Shown here: positions 14,204 through 26,400 of the stretch, in pieces
Layout: the number at the start of each line of letters is the position of its first letter
Numbering within the stretch: the first letter of the stretch is position 1
Assembly (NCBI GenBank): GCA_032718475.1
Contig: JAUCBJ010008124.1
Coordinates: 1-64,000, forward strand
Origin: Nemertoderma westbladi
Lineage: Eukaryota > Animalia > Xenacoelomorpha
Length of the DNA: 64,000 nt
Direction: 5' to 3'
Notes under the pieces: generated by a model
Databases searched by the model: none
Seen by the model: only the letters and a program-made list of their open reading frames with translations
What the model was told of the DNA's origin: nothing
Position numbers and translations under genes: made by a program

Positions 14204-15261
14204 ATGATAGTGGCCGTCAGCCCAGATGATAGTGGCAATGGTGGTATTGGTCTATTGATGAATCCTACTGCCCATGCAGGATTGGACAAAATAAACCAAA
14301 TCTCTAACCGCATCATCCGTTGCCACTTCTCATGTTCTGGAAGACTGGCTAAGAAGTTTCCTAAGGTTGTCCTGATTGTGTGCTACTCTCCAACTCGAGT
14401 TGCCCCTGTAGAGGAGGTGGAAAATTTCTACCACAATCTACCAGCAGCTACTGATGGAGTGGATCAGCATGCATTCTTAACATTCCTGGGAGACTTTAAT
14501 GCAAGTCTGCATCAATCACCTACATCGCCCTGGGTCTATAGCAATAGAGATAACCGAAATTACGTCCATCTTCAGGATTTTATCTCTGGAAATGGATTGT
14601 TTTCGGCTGGAACCCAGTTTAAGAAGCAAACTGGAAGGCTATGGACTCATAGTGGACCCAGTGGTCACAAGTCCCAGATAGACCATATTATGTTTCGTAG
14701 GAAGTACAGGAGCTCTATACAAGACTGTAATGCATTTACACTACGACCCTTCTCCAGTGATCACCACCTTATTGTGGCCAAGGTAAGACTTAGTCTGCGT
14801 GCTAGCAGAACAACAAAATCTGCCTTGCCGCGGCATGACTGGTCCTCTCTGTTGCAACAGCCAAGTATGAGATCCAGCTTCACACTACAGCTGAGCAACA
14901 TGTATGAGGTTCTTGCCTCTGAGGCGGCAGATCACTGTGAGGGCTATATTGCCTTCATAGAAGCAGTTCAGTTAGCAGCTGCAGAAACAGTTCCTGTATA
15001 CCCTCGAAGCAGGAAACGGGCCCCCTGGACTGACAACAAAATCCAGAAGAGCCGAAATGATGACAGGGTATTGACTGATAACTTTATAGAAGTAAAAGTG
15101 TCTGAGTCTGTACTCCCAGATATTCCCATTGGCGATATCTCCTTTGCAGAAGTGAAGGCTGCTGCAAAGATCATTAAGACCAATCGTGCCAGTGGAGTAG
15201 ATGGTGTTCCCCCTGAGGTCTTTAAAATACCGGAGTGTTTAAAGCTCATCTATCCCATTAT
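14204..15261 (+). pseudogene. LINE ORF, AP-endonuclease part
   Basis: ORF 14204..15265 with APE motifs. The protein (..KLIYPI) resumes as IVDMYRT.. after the Penelope-like insert. Confidence 0.9.
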
Positions 15262-15714
15262 GTAAAGATGATAAAAAAATAAAGTATTGAGGGTCTTTAG
15301 CTGGTTATATTATATTAGATAAAGATACAATAGTAAACGTTTTCGACCTACCGGTCTGCATCAGACTATGTACTGGCAACTAACAGGAAAAGGTAGGGGT
15401 CTATATATATATATATCTAAGTTTTAAAGGGGAATACCTGATAGGTGAATCCCAGAAAGGTTAACGTATATGTATGTACTGTATAACGTAAGGTAATTGT
15501 GATAGGGAAAGTACAGCGAGTTAGTTGTAAGCTGTCCATCTAAAGTACAAATATAGGGTTGCAGGTTGGGTTATAAGGTTGGGAGAAGTTGATAGGGACA
15601 TAATAGTTGATAGGGGATAATATAACCAGCTAAAGACCCTCAATACTTTATTTTTTTATCATCTTTACACTATGCTGCCGCTGGTGAATGCCTACCACTT
15701 CATCCGTTCGTTTA
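15262..15714. mobile_element. Penelope-like retroelement remnant (inverted pseudo-LTR arrangement)
   Basis: Flanked by 12-bp direct repeat CTATCCCATTAT (15250-15261, 15715-15726). Perfect 52-bp inverted repeat (15261-15312 / 15618-15669) with a ~45-bp extension on one side. Contains a hammerhead-like motif. Confidence 0.8.
15326..15372 (-). ncRNA. Minimal type I hammerhead ribozyme motif (core variant)
   Basis: Minus strand: UACAUAGU-CUGAUGCA-GACC GGUA GGUC-GAA-AACGUU-U-ACUAUUGUA. Stem I, 4-bp stem II and palindromic stem III, as in Penelope hammerheads. Confidence 0.7.
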
Positions 15715-15726
15715 CTATCCCATTAT

Positions 15727-17134
15727 AGTAGACATGTACCGAACAACAAGAGTCCCACAAGAAATGAAAACAAATAAGTTGGTGCCAGTTCCCAAGAAGG
15801 GCAACCTAACACTCTATGGTTCTTTTCGGGGAATCTCATTGATCTTGATTGCTGCAAAGCTATACAATACGATTCTATTAAATCGCATCCGCGATCACAT
15901 TGAGAGACTGCTCCGTGGAAATCAGAATGGTTTCCGTAAAGGTCGTGGGACCATGGAGCCCATTTTGGCACTTATAAGGATAATTGAAGAGTTATCAAAA
16001 AAGAAAGACAGGCACCTGGCTGTTATCTTTGTTGACTTCTTCAAGGCCTCCCGCTCACGTATGTTCAGCATACTTTCATTATATGGGACTCCTGATGAAA
16101 TTATTGCAGCAATCAGATCAGTATACGATGGTTTGACAACATTTGTGTCTACTGTTGATGGTGACACAGAACCATTTGAAGTGTTATGGGGCGTCCTCCA
16201 GGGAGACACACTAGCACCATTCTTGTTCATAATTGTGGTTGACTATGTTCTACGCATGTCCTTAGATGATCATAATGATGATAGGGTAATGTTAACTCCA
16301 CCTACTGGCTCCAGAATTCGAGGAAATCTTGCCAAGTACCTAACTGATCTAGACTTTGCTTAAGACTTAGGAGTACTCTAAGAATCACTAGAGGGAGTCC
16401 AACGGCTCCTCAGCTCATTAGAACATGCTGCTTCTAGTGTTGGTCTTTTTATTAACTCCAGAAAGACCAAAATTTTGACAGTTAACTTTGAAAGTTCTCA
16501 GCAAGTCTCTGATCGGATGAGCATAAGCTCAAAGGATGGTATGCTTGAGCATGTGGACGACTTCTGTTACCTGGGATCATGGATCCGGAAGTCAGGTGAG
16601 GACATTCGAATAGGTAAGGGAATGGCATGGGCAGCCTTGAATAGGCTTTCCAGGATTTGGAAGTCACCGATAATTAATCGGAAACTTAAGGTCCATTTAA
16701 TTTGAGATGCAGTAGTTCCAGTACTCCTCTATGGGAGTCCATGCTGGGCTCTAACTGCTGAGGACACCAAATCTCTGGACGGCACATTCACAAGAATGCT
16801 ACGCCGGGCTCATTGTGTCAAGTACAATGCACACATCTCCAACCAGACACTATATAACATTGGAGGTGTCTCATTGGTTCCCCCAAGCTTGACACTAGAA
16901 CAAAATCGCCTCCGCTTTGCAGGACATTGCTTTTGCCGTGAGGACCAGCCAGTGCATAATCTTGTACTTTGGCAGCCTCATGGAGTGAATAAGTATGGTG
17001 GACAGCCCATGACTTTCTTGAGACGCATCTTAAAGGACACTGGCCTTGAAGATGCGGATGATCTAGCAAATGTCATGGGTGATAGGGCGTTGTGGCGGCG
17101 CAATTTTGTCGACAAGCCGGCACAGCATTCTTAA
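15727..17134 (+). pseudogene. LINE ORF, reverse transcriptase and C-terminal part, with in-frame stops
   Basis: ORFs 15734..16363, 16475..16705 and 16796..17134 share one frame. The catalytic FADD is mutated to FA*D. Confidence 0.9.
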
Positions 17135-17242
17135 AAATGCAGCTGCAATGCAGCATGCCGATACTAGTAGTCATCCCAGTAGAGCCCGATAAGCACCAGT
17201 AGCCTATTCATTATATATTTGATAAAGATTGGGTTGGTTTTA

Positions 17243-17307
17243 GCCCCGTGGGGGTTTGGGGGGCAGCCCCCAACCTAAGAAGCGGGGGTTTGGGGGCTGC
17301 AGCCCCT
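17243..17307 (+). repeat. Two copies of GGGGGTTTGGGGG..GCAGCCCC motif
   Basis: Direct repeat seen in sequence; resembles hairpin motifs common in invertebrate non-autonomous DNA elements. Confidence 0.5.
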
Positions 17308-17454
17308 AATTAAAAGAAAAACAAACAAAATTTGACTAAAAAAATGTTTCTTTTATAATTTGAAAAAACTTGACTAGATACAACTTGTCCTGTAACCATC
17401 TTTAACTTTTGTTTATTGCTTTGGTGCACCCAGATTAATTTTAACACTTTAACT

Positions 17455-17778
17455 GGGGGGGAGGGGAAGTGTCCGCGGGGGAAGTGTCCGGGGGAGAAGT
17501 GTCCGGGGGAAGTGTCCTACTTGGGCGGGTGGAAAGTGTCCGGGGCGGAACTGTCCGGGGGGGAGTGTCCTACTTGGGCGGGGGGGGGGGAGTGTCCGGG
17601 GGGAATTGTCCGTGGGGAAAGTGTCCGGGGGGAATTGTCCGGGGGGAAGTGTCCTACTTGGGCGGGTGGAAAGTGTCCGGGGCGGAACTGTCCGGGGGGG
17701 AGTGTCCTACTTGGGCGGGGGGGGGGGGAGTGTCCGGGGGGGAACTGTCCGGGGGGGGGGGAAGTTTCCTAGATCCCC
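17455..17778 (+). repeat. G-rich short-period repeat (GGGGGAA(G/T/C)TGTCC)n with a longer internal duplication
   Basis: Repeated G-run + TGTCC units and four TGTCCTACTTGGGCGGG blocks, ending TCCTAGATCC. Probably one arm of a non-autonomous DNA transposon. Confidence 0.75.
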
Positions 17779-17894
17779 CAGCCCATTCTGCCGTTGTTGC
17801 TTATGAATGAGTTTCTGTAGTATGTTCAGATGCTTTCACTCTGTGTCCAGGAAGACGGGAGTTGAGTTGGAGTTGAGTGTGGGTGGAGTGATTG

Positions 17895-18075
17895 ACAAGT
17901 TGTAGGAAGTTGTTTGAAGCTGTCTGAGTTTGTTAAAAGCTGTCTGAATTTGTTTGAAGTTGTTGGACTGTTGGAGTTTGTCTGTAAGTGTTTGAAACTG
18001 TTGGATCCGATCAGTTCAGATCGGATCCGATTGCACTCTGTTGGTGCTCACCAACAAGGTGCCATCGGATTCGAC
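17895..18075. repeat. Second remnant of the 10770-11042 repeat family, with a head-to-head junction
   Basis: GGATCCGATTGCACTCTGTTGGTG is followed after 2 nt by its near reverse complement CACCAACAAGGTGCCATCGGATTC. Confidence 0.55.
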
Positions 18076-18331
18076 TGTAGAACGTAAATGCAATTCTCGA
18101 TATTACAGCGGATAGACATAGACACATTAGTTTAGTGCGGTGTGTATTAGTTACTGTAGGGCGGCTGGGTAACTAATTAGGTGGACCCACTACTGGGACT
18201 ACGTCAGGAGGCTGAATAGAGTTCACCCAACCGTGGCGAACGCGATACATAACGGTTACGCTTCAATAGGTTTCCTATGGCCTTGGGTACTAATTCTGTA
18301 CAAAATATAATATGTATTATCTGTTGCAATG

Positions 18332-21300
18332 CTGCCACTACGGTAGTATTAGGCACAATTCGACTTATTTTCTTCTGTCACTACTCTGACCTATTTTCTT
18401 CTGCCACAACTCGACCCATTTTCTTCTGCCACTACTGTAGTATTAGGTACAATTCGACCCATTTTCTTCTGCTACAACTCGACCCATTTTCTTCTGCCAC
18501 TACTCTAGTATTAGGCACAATTCGACCCATTTTCTTCAGCCACTACTCTGACCTATTTTCTTCTGCCACTACTGTATAGTATTAGGCACAATTCGACCCA
18601 TTTTCTTCTGCCACAACTCGAACCATTTTCTTCTGCCACTACTGTAGTATTAGGCACAATTCGACCTATTTTCTTCTGCCACAACTCTGACCTATTTTCT
18701 TCTGCCACTACGGTAGTATTAGGCACAATTCGACCTATTTTCTTCTGCCACTACTCTGACCTATTTTCTTCTGCCACTACGGTAGTATTAGGCACAATTC
18801 GACCTATTTTCTTCTGCCACTACTGTATAGTATTAGGCACAATTCGACCCATTTTATTCTGCCACTACTGTAGTATTAGGCACAATTCGACCTATTTTCT
18901 TCTGCCACTACTGTATAGTATTAGGCACAATTCGACCCATTTTATTCTGCCACTACTGTAGTATTAGGCACAATTCGACCTATTTTCTTCTGCCACTACT
19001 GTATAGTATTAGGTACAATTCGACCCATTTTATTCTGTCACTACTGTAGTATTAGGCACAATTCGACCCATTTTCTTCTGCCACTACTCGACCTATTTTA
19101 TTCTGCCACTACTGTAGTATTAGGCACAATTCGACCCATTTTCTTCTGCCACTACTCGACCTATTTTATTCTGCCACTACTGTAGTATTAGGCACAATTC
19201 GACCGATTTTCTTCTGCCACAACTCGACCCATTTTCTTCTGCCACTACTGTAGTATTAGGCACAATTCGACCTATTTTTCTTCTGCCACAACTCGACCCA
19301 TTTTCTTCTGCCACTACTGTAGTATTAGGCACAATTCAACCCATTTTCTTCTGCCACTACTGTAGTATTAGGCACAATTCGACCTATTTTCTTCTGCCAC
19401 AACTCTACCCATTTTCTTCTGCCACTACTGTAGTATTAGGCACAATTCGACCCATTTTCTTCTGCCACTACTGTAGTATTAGGCACAATTCGACCCATTT
19501 TCTTCTGCCACTACGGTAGTATTAGGCACAATTCGACCTATTTTCTTCTGCCACAACTGTATAGTATTAGGCACAATTCGACCCATTTTATTCTGCCACT
19601 ACTGTAGTATTAGGCACAATTCGACCCATTTTCTTCTGCCACTACTCGACTTATTTTATTCTGCCACTACTGTATAGTATTAGGCACAATTCGACCCATT
19701 TTCTTCTGCCACTACTCGACCTATTTTCTTCTGCCACTACGGTAGTATTAGGCACAATTCGACCCATTTTCTTCTGCCACTACTGTATAGTATTAGGCAC
19801 AATTCGACCCATTTTATTCTGCCACTACTGTAGTATTAGGCACAATTCGACCTATTTTCTTCTGCCACAACTCTGACCTATTTTCTTCTGCCACTACGGT
19901 AGTATTAGGCACAATTCGACCTATTTTCTTCTGCCACTACTGTATAGTATTAGGCACAATTCGACCCATTTTATTCTGCCACTACTGTAGTATTAGGCAC
20001 AATTCGAACCATTTTCTTCTGCCACAACTCTACCCATTTTCTTCTGCCACTACTGTAGTATTAGGCACAATTCAACCTATTTTCTTCTGCCACTACTGTA
20101 GTATTAGGCACAATTCGACCTATTTTCTTCTGCCACAACTCGACCCATTTTCTTCTGCCATTACTGTAGTATTAGGCACAATTCGACCTATTTTTTTCTG
20201 CCACAACTCGACCCATTTTCTTCTGCCACTACTGTAGTATTAGGCACAATTTGACCTATTTTCTTCTGCCACAACTCGACCCATTTTCTTCTGCAACTAC
20301 TGTAGTATTAGGCACAATTCGACCCATTTTCTTCTGCCACAACTCGACCCATTTTCTTCTGCCACTGCTGTAGTATTAGGCACAATTCGACCTATTTTCT
20401 TCTGCCACAACTCGACCTATTTTCTTCTGCCACTACTGTAGTATTAGGCACAATTCGGCCCATTTTCTTCTGCCACTACTGTATAGTATTAGGCACAATT
20501 CAACCCATTTTCTTCTGCCACTACTGTAGTATTAGGCACAATTCGACCCATTTTCTTCTGCCACAACTCGACCCATTTTCTTCTGCCACTACTGTAGTAT
20601 TAGGCACAATTCGACCCATTTTCTTCTGCCACAACTCGACCCATTTTCTTCTGCCACTACTGTATAGTATTAGGTACAACTCGACCCATTTTCTTCTGCC
20701 ACTACTGTAGTATTAGGCACAACTCGACCCATTTTCTTCTGCCACTACTGTAGTATTAGGCACAATTCGACCTATTTTCTTCTGCCACTACTGTATAGTA
20801 TTAGGCACAATTCGACCCATTTTATTCTGCCACTACTGTAGTATTAGGCACAATTCGACCTATTTTCTTCTGCCACTACTGTATAGTATTAGGTACAATT
20901 CGACCCATTTTATTCTGTCACTACTGTAGTATTAGGCACAATTCGACCCATTTTCTTCTGCCACTACTCGACCTATTTTATTCTGCCACTACTGTAGTAT
21001 TAGGCACAATTCGACCCATTTTCTTCTGCCACTACTCGACCTATTTTATTCTGCCACTACTGTAGTATTAGGCACAATTCGACCCATTTTCTTCTGCCAC
21101 TACTGTATAGTATTAGGCACAATTCGACCCATTTTATTCTGCCACTACTGTAGTATTAGGCACAATTCGACCTATTTTCTTCTGCCACAACTCTGACCTA
21201 TTTTCTTCTGCCACTACGGTAGTATTAGGCACAATTCGACCTATTTTCTTCTGCCACTACTGTATAGTATTAGGCACAATTCGACCCATTTTATTCTGCC

Positions 21301-22231
21301 ACTACTGTAGTATTAGGCACAATTCGAACCATTTTCTTCTGCCACAACTCTACCCATTTTCTTCTGCCACTACTGTAGTATTAGGCACAATTCAACCTAT
21401 TTTCTTCTGCCACTACTGTAGTATTAGGCACAATTCGACCTATTTTCTTCTGCCACAACTCGACCCATTTTCTTCTGCCATTACTGTAGTATTAGGCACA
21501 ATTCGACCTATTTTTTTCTGCCACAACTCGACCCATTTTCTTCTGCCACTACTGTAGTATTAGGCACAATTTGACCTATTTTCTTCTGCCACAACTCGAC
21601 CCATTTTCTTCTGCAACTACTGTAGTATTAGGCACAATTCGACCCATTTTCTTCTGCCACAACTCGACCCATTTTCTTCTGCCACTGCTGTAGTATTAGG
21701 CACAATTCGACCTATTTTCTTCTGCCACAACTCGACCTATTTTCTTCTGCCACTACTGTAGTATTAGGCACAATTCGGCCCATTTTCTTCTGCCACTACT
21801 GTATAGTATTAGGCACAATTCAACCCATTTTCTTCTGCCACTACTGTAGTATTAGGCACAATTCGACCCATTTTCTTCTGCCACAACTCGACCCATTTTC
21901 TTCTGCCACTACTGTAGTATTAGGCACAATTCGACCCATTTTCTTCTGCCACAACTCGACCCATTTTCTTCTGCCACTACTGTATAGTATTAGGTACAAC
22001 TCGACCCATTTTCTTCTGCCACTACTGTAGTATTAGGCACAACTCGACCCATTTTCTTCTGCCACTACTGTAGTATTAGGCACAATTCGACCTATTTTCT
22101 TCTGCCACAACTCGACCCATTTTCTTCTGCCACTACTGTAGTATTAGGCACAATTCGACCCATTTTCTTCTGCCACTACTGTAGTATTAGGCACAATTCG
22201 GCCCTATTTCTTCTGCCACAACTCGACCCAT
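18332..22231. repeat. Composite satellite of ~25-bp and ~43-45-bp subunits with higher-order duplication
   Basis: Core CGACC(C/T)ATTTTCTTCTGCCAC(A/T)AC alternates irregularly with TGTA(TA)GTATTAGGCACAATT. Confidence 0.95.
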
Positions 22232-22330
22232 CAAAAATCAAAAATATTGTGGAAAGATTTGTGAACAATATTAATATTAATTTTCCTTTTCATGTTTACT
22301 GTTTGTTGTTTTCATGTAACATTGAGACCT

Positions 22331-23247
22331 GGAGACCTGGAACACCAAGGCCACCAAAGCCGCAGAGACCTGGAACACCAAGGCCACCAAAGCCGCAGAG
22401 ACTTGGAACACAAAGGCCACCAAAGCCGCAAGACCTGGAACACCAAGGCCACCAAAGCCGCAGAGACCTGGAACACCAAGGCCACCAAAGCCGCAGAGAC
22501 CTGGAACACCAAGGCCACCATAGCCGCAGAGACCAGGAACACCAAGGCCACCAAGGCCGCAGAGACCTGGAACACCAAGGCCACCAAAGCCGCAGAGGCC
22601 TGGTACACCAAGGCCACCAAAGCCGCAGAGACCAGGAACACCGAGGCCACCAAAGCCGCAGAGACCAGCAACACCGAGGCCACTAAAGCCGCAGAGACCT
22701 GGAACACCAAGGCCACCAAAGCCGCAGAGACCTGGAACACCAAGGCCACCAAAGCCGCAGAGACCTGGAACACCAAGGCCACCAAAGCCGCAGAGACCTG
22801 GAACACCAAGGCCACCAAAGCCGCAGAGGCCTGGTACACCAAGGCCACCAAAGCCGCAGAGACCAGGAACACCGAGGCCACCAAAGCCGCAGAGACCAGG
22901 AACACCGAGGCCACTAAAGCCGCAGAGACCTGGTACACCAAGGCCACCAAAGCCGCAGAGACCAGGAACACCGAGGCCACCAAGGCCGCAGAGACCTGGA
23001 ACACCAAGGCCACCAAAGCTGCAGAGGCCTGGTACACCAAGGCCACCAAAGCCGCAGAGACCAGGAACACCGAGGCCACCAAAGCCGCAGAGACCAGGAA
23101 CACCGAGGCCACTAAAGCAGCAGAGACCTGGAACACCAAGAGCACCAAAGCCGCAGAGACCAGGAACACCGAGGCCACCAAGGCCGCAGAGACCTGGAAC
23201 ACCAAGGCCACCAAAGCCGCAGAGGCCTGGAACACCAAGGCCACCAA
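22331..23247. repeat. 33-bp GC-rich satellite, left part
   Basis: Unit GAGACCTGGAACACCAAGGCCACCAAAGCCGCA, cut by the Copia insertion. Confidence 0.97.
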
Positions 23248-23457
23248 TGTTAGATTAGGCCTAAGGCCTAGTAGGCTACCGGACTAACTGATACATAGAT
23301 TTAACCGGTACTTGGTGTTGGTAGAATATATTAACATATATTATAACATAATAACATATATTATATACCGGTACTTTATAGTCTGGGCATGGAGCCTAAT
23401 ATAGAAGTTATTTGATTATAAACAAACTTATATTTTGCCAAATACTAATCATTAACA
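23248..23457 (+). repeat. Copia 5' LTR (210 bp)
   Basis: TG..CA ends; matches 28015-28190 + 40653-40686 with one mismatch. Confidence 0.97.
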
Positions 23458-23459
23458 TT

Positions 23460-23477
23460 TGGTAGCAGAGCGTGGTT
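23460..23477 (+). promoter_or_regulatory. Primer-binding site, initiator tRNA-Met
   Basis: TGGTAGCAGAGCGTGGTT, 2 nt after the LTR. TGGTAGCAGAG is complementary to the animal tRNAiMet 3' end and typical of GalEa. Confidence 0.9.
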
Positions 23478-23480
23478 GAA

Positions 23481-26400
23481 ATGGCGATGTCCTCTTCAAC
23501 AGCTTCCGATCGATCTACTTCTTCATACAAGGCTCCTCCCCAATTACGAGATGGCGTTTCATACGAAATTTGGAAGAAGGAAGTCAGTGCTTGGAAACAC
23601 TTTACGGATATTAGGGCCGATAAACAAGGAACTGCGCTCGCTCTAAGCCTCAGTGGTAAGGCTAGAGATGCAGCTTTTGAACTAGAACTCGCCCAATTAA
23701 ATTCTGCTGGAGGGCTTGATTTGGTCATCCAAAAACTCGATTCGTTATACGAACTAAGTCGTCCATTGGTGATCTTCCAGGCAATAAACTCATTTATAAA
23801 GTTCCGGCGCCCAGCTGACATGTCAATGGTTGATTATCTTATAGAGTTTGAACGACTTTATAATAAATGTAAAATGTATAACCTGAATTTTCCCGAAGAA
23901 TTTCTCGCCTACCAACTTCTTGAATGTGCGAGTTTATCGGAAGCAGATTCCCACCTTGCACGAGCGTCAGTCAATGAGTTTACTTACAAGGATATGAAGT
24001 TACAAATTACCCGTATACATGGTGACTCCCGAATATCCGGAGAATCAAATAACAGTGATACTATGAATATTAAGGTTGAACCAACATTTCCAGCTGTTCA
24101 CACAACGGAGCCTATATTCGAGGAAGAATATTATCAAGACTATAATGACGGCTATCAGTGGAATGAACCAAATCCCCATGAAGAAGATGTTTATTATACC
24201 TACCGTGGCCCATTCCGTGGTGGATATAACAATAGAGGGCCAAGACGAAGTGGTAATTATTATCGAAGCTTTAAACAACGATTCCCCAGACAACAACCAG
24301 GTCGAGTAGCAAATTTAAGACGACATTATGGTGGAATAGGAAGTACAAGTACAAGTAAAATTAATCCTTTGGATTATGATGGAAAACCCAGTGGTTGCTC
24401 CGTTTGCCATTCTATTTACCACTGGGCAGCCAACTGTCCAGAACTTCCACAAGAGGAGGATTGTAAAATTACACTATTTACAGATAAAGATATCCATCCT
24501 GATACCGAGTTATTTGGAGAAACCATTGGTTGTGCCATTATTGATTGTGGTTGTACGGCAACAGTATGTGGAAAGAGTTGGGTTGCGATTTATATAGACA
24601 GTCTGAATGGGTCTGATCAAAGATTGGTTAAAAAAACTCCGAGCTCAACTGTATTTAAATTTGGAGATGGAAATCGGAATGTTTCTTTATATAAATTAGA
24701 AATTCCAATATATATTGGTTCAAGAAAAATTTTTCTAGTAACAGATGTGGTTGATTGTGAAATCCCTTTACTTTTCTCACAGCCCAGTCTAAAGAAAGCT
24801 AAAGCAGTTATCAATTTTAAAAATGATACTGTGACAATGTTCGGAGAACCACAAAAGGTTATGGTTACAAAAACTGGCCATTATTGTTTGACCCTTTCTA
24901 GATCTATGAATCCTAGTAATTCCGATACTAGACGGTGTTTATTCGCTGCTCCACTTGATGAGTTGGAGGGATCTGATCTGAATAATGCAGTCTATAAACT
25001 TCATAGACAATTTGCTCATCCACATGCAGATGCATTGAAGAACTTGATAAAGACTGCTGAGTGTAAAAACCCAGAGATAATGTCTATTGTAGATGAAATA
25101 AGCAAAGAATGCAAAATATGTCGGATTTATAAGAAACCATCACCCCGCCCTGTGGTTGGATTACCAACAGCTACGCAATTTAATGAAATGGTTGGCCTCG
25201 ATTTGAAGGAATTCCGCCCTGGGGTATATTTCTTACATATGGTAGACCATGTTACACGTTATGGATCAGCTGCTGTTATTAGAAGCAAAAAGAAAGAAGT
25301 TGTAGTTGAAAAACTAATGGAATATTGGATACGAATTTTTGGGGCCCCTAAGAAATTCCTTTCTGACAATGGAGGAGAGTTCATTAACCATGAGCTAATT
25401 GAGTTAAGTGAACAATTTAATATATTAATTAAAACTACAGCTGCAGAGAGTGCTTGGTCGAATGGTTTAGTAGAGAGACATAATGGTATACTTAGTACCA
25501 TGGTGGAGAAAATCCTAGCTGATACTCCATGTAAACTCGAAATCGCAGTACATTGGGCTGTTGCTGCCAAAAACAGCTTACAGAATGTTTATGGTTATAG
25601 CCCTAATTCCTTGGTATTTGGCTGTAATCCCATAATCCCTTCCAATATGGTGAATAAACCACCAGCTCTTAGTGGACTTGGTATAAGTGACCTTATATGT
25701 GCGAATATTAAGGCCCTCCACAGTGCACGTAATGCCTACATTCAACAAGAAAGTTCAGAAAAACTACGTAGAGCATTAAATAAACAAGTACGGTCCTATA
25801 GTGATACTATTTTCCTGAATGGTGATAATGTTTATTATAAACGGAATAATTCCTCTGCTTGGAAAGGTCCAGCAAGGATTCTTGGATCTGATGGTCAACA
25901 ATTCCTAGTCAAGCATGGTGGACTTTATTATAGAGTTCACCCTTGCCGAATGACATTGGCATCGATTCCGCTAGAAGTTAAGGAAAGATCCATAGATCCA
26001 AAGAATGACAATAAGGTAAACAGTGAGGGTAAAGAAGTTGATAATAAACAGAAACGAGCCATACCAAGTGATGGAGATGATGAAACAGATGGGGAGAAAC
26101 AACCCAATAATTCCATTCCACACGATATCACAACTGCCAATAATCAAACTACTGAAAAGCCAAGTACCCAGGATGGTAAGCTGGAAATGCCTAAGACAAA
26201 TGATAATATAAAATATCAGCCAATGGGTAGTTCTGACTGGAAAACTGGAAAAGTTATAGGGAGAGCTGGAAAGGCTTCAGGAAAATATTGGCATTGCTAC
26301 AATATAAAAGATAAAATAACTGGTGATTCAAAATGTTTAAGCTTCAAGGACGACATCCAACAGTGGAATTTTGACCATGGGACAGAAGATGAAGATAAGT

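Larger units (their letters stand above)
14194..17165 (+). mobile_element. Decayed, 5'-truncated non-LTR retrotransposon (APE + RT, RTE-like), interrupted at 15262-15714
   Basis: AP-endonuclease motifs GGIG, YSPT, LGDFNA, QIDHI, SDH. RT motifs PVPKKG, FRGISL, QNGFR, FVDF, GVLQGDTLAPFLF, LDFA*D, FCYLGS. C-terminal RLRFAGHC. Clade assigned from motif recall only. Confidence 0.9.

Noticed and set aside
5764-22231. CRISPR-like appearance of 30-45-bp repeats
   Set aside because: Head-to-tail units with no unique spacers, no cas genes, eukaryotic context.
23472-23480. GTG start for Copia ORF given by the ORF track
   Set aside because: Overlaps the PBS; eukaryotic initiation is more plausible at ATG 23481 or 23487.
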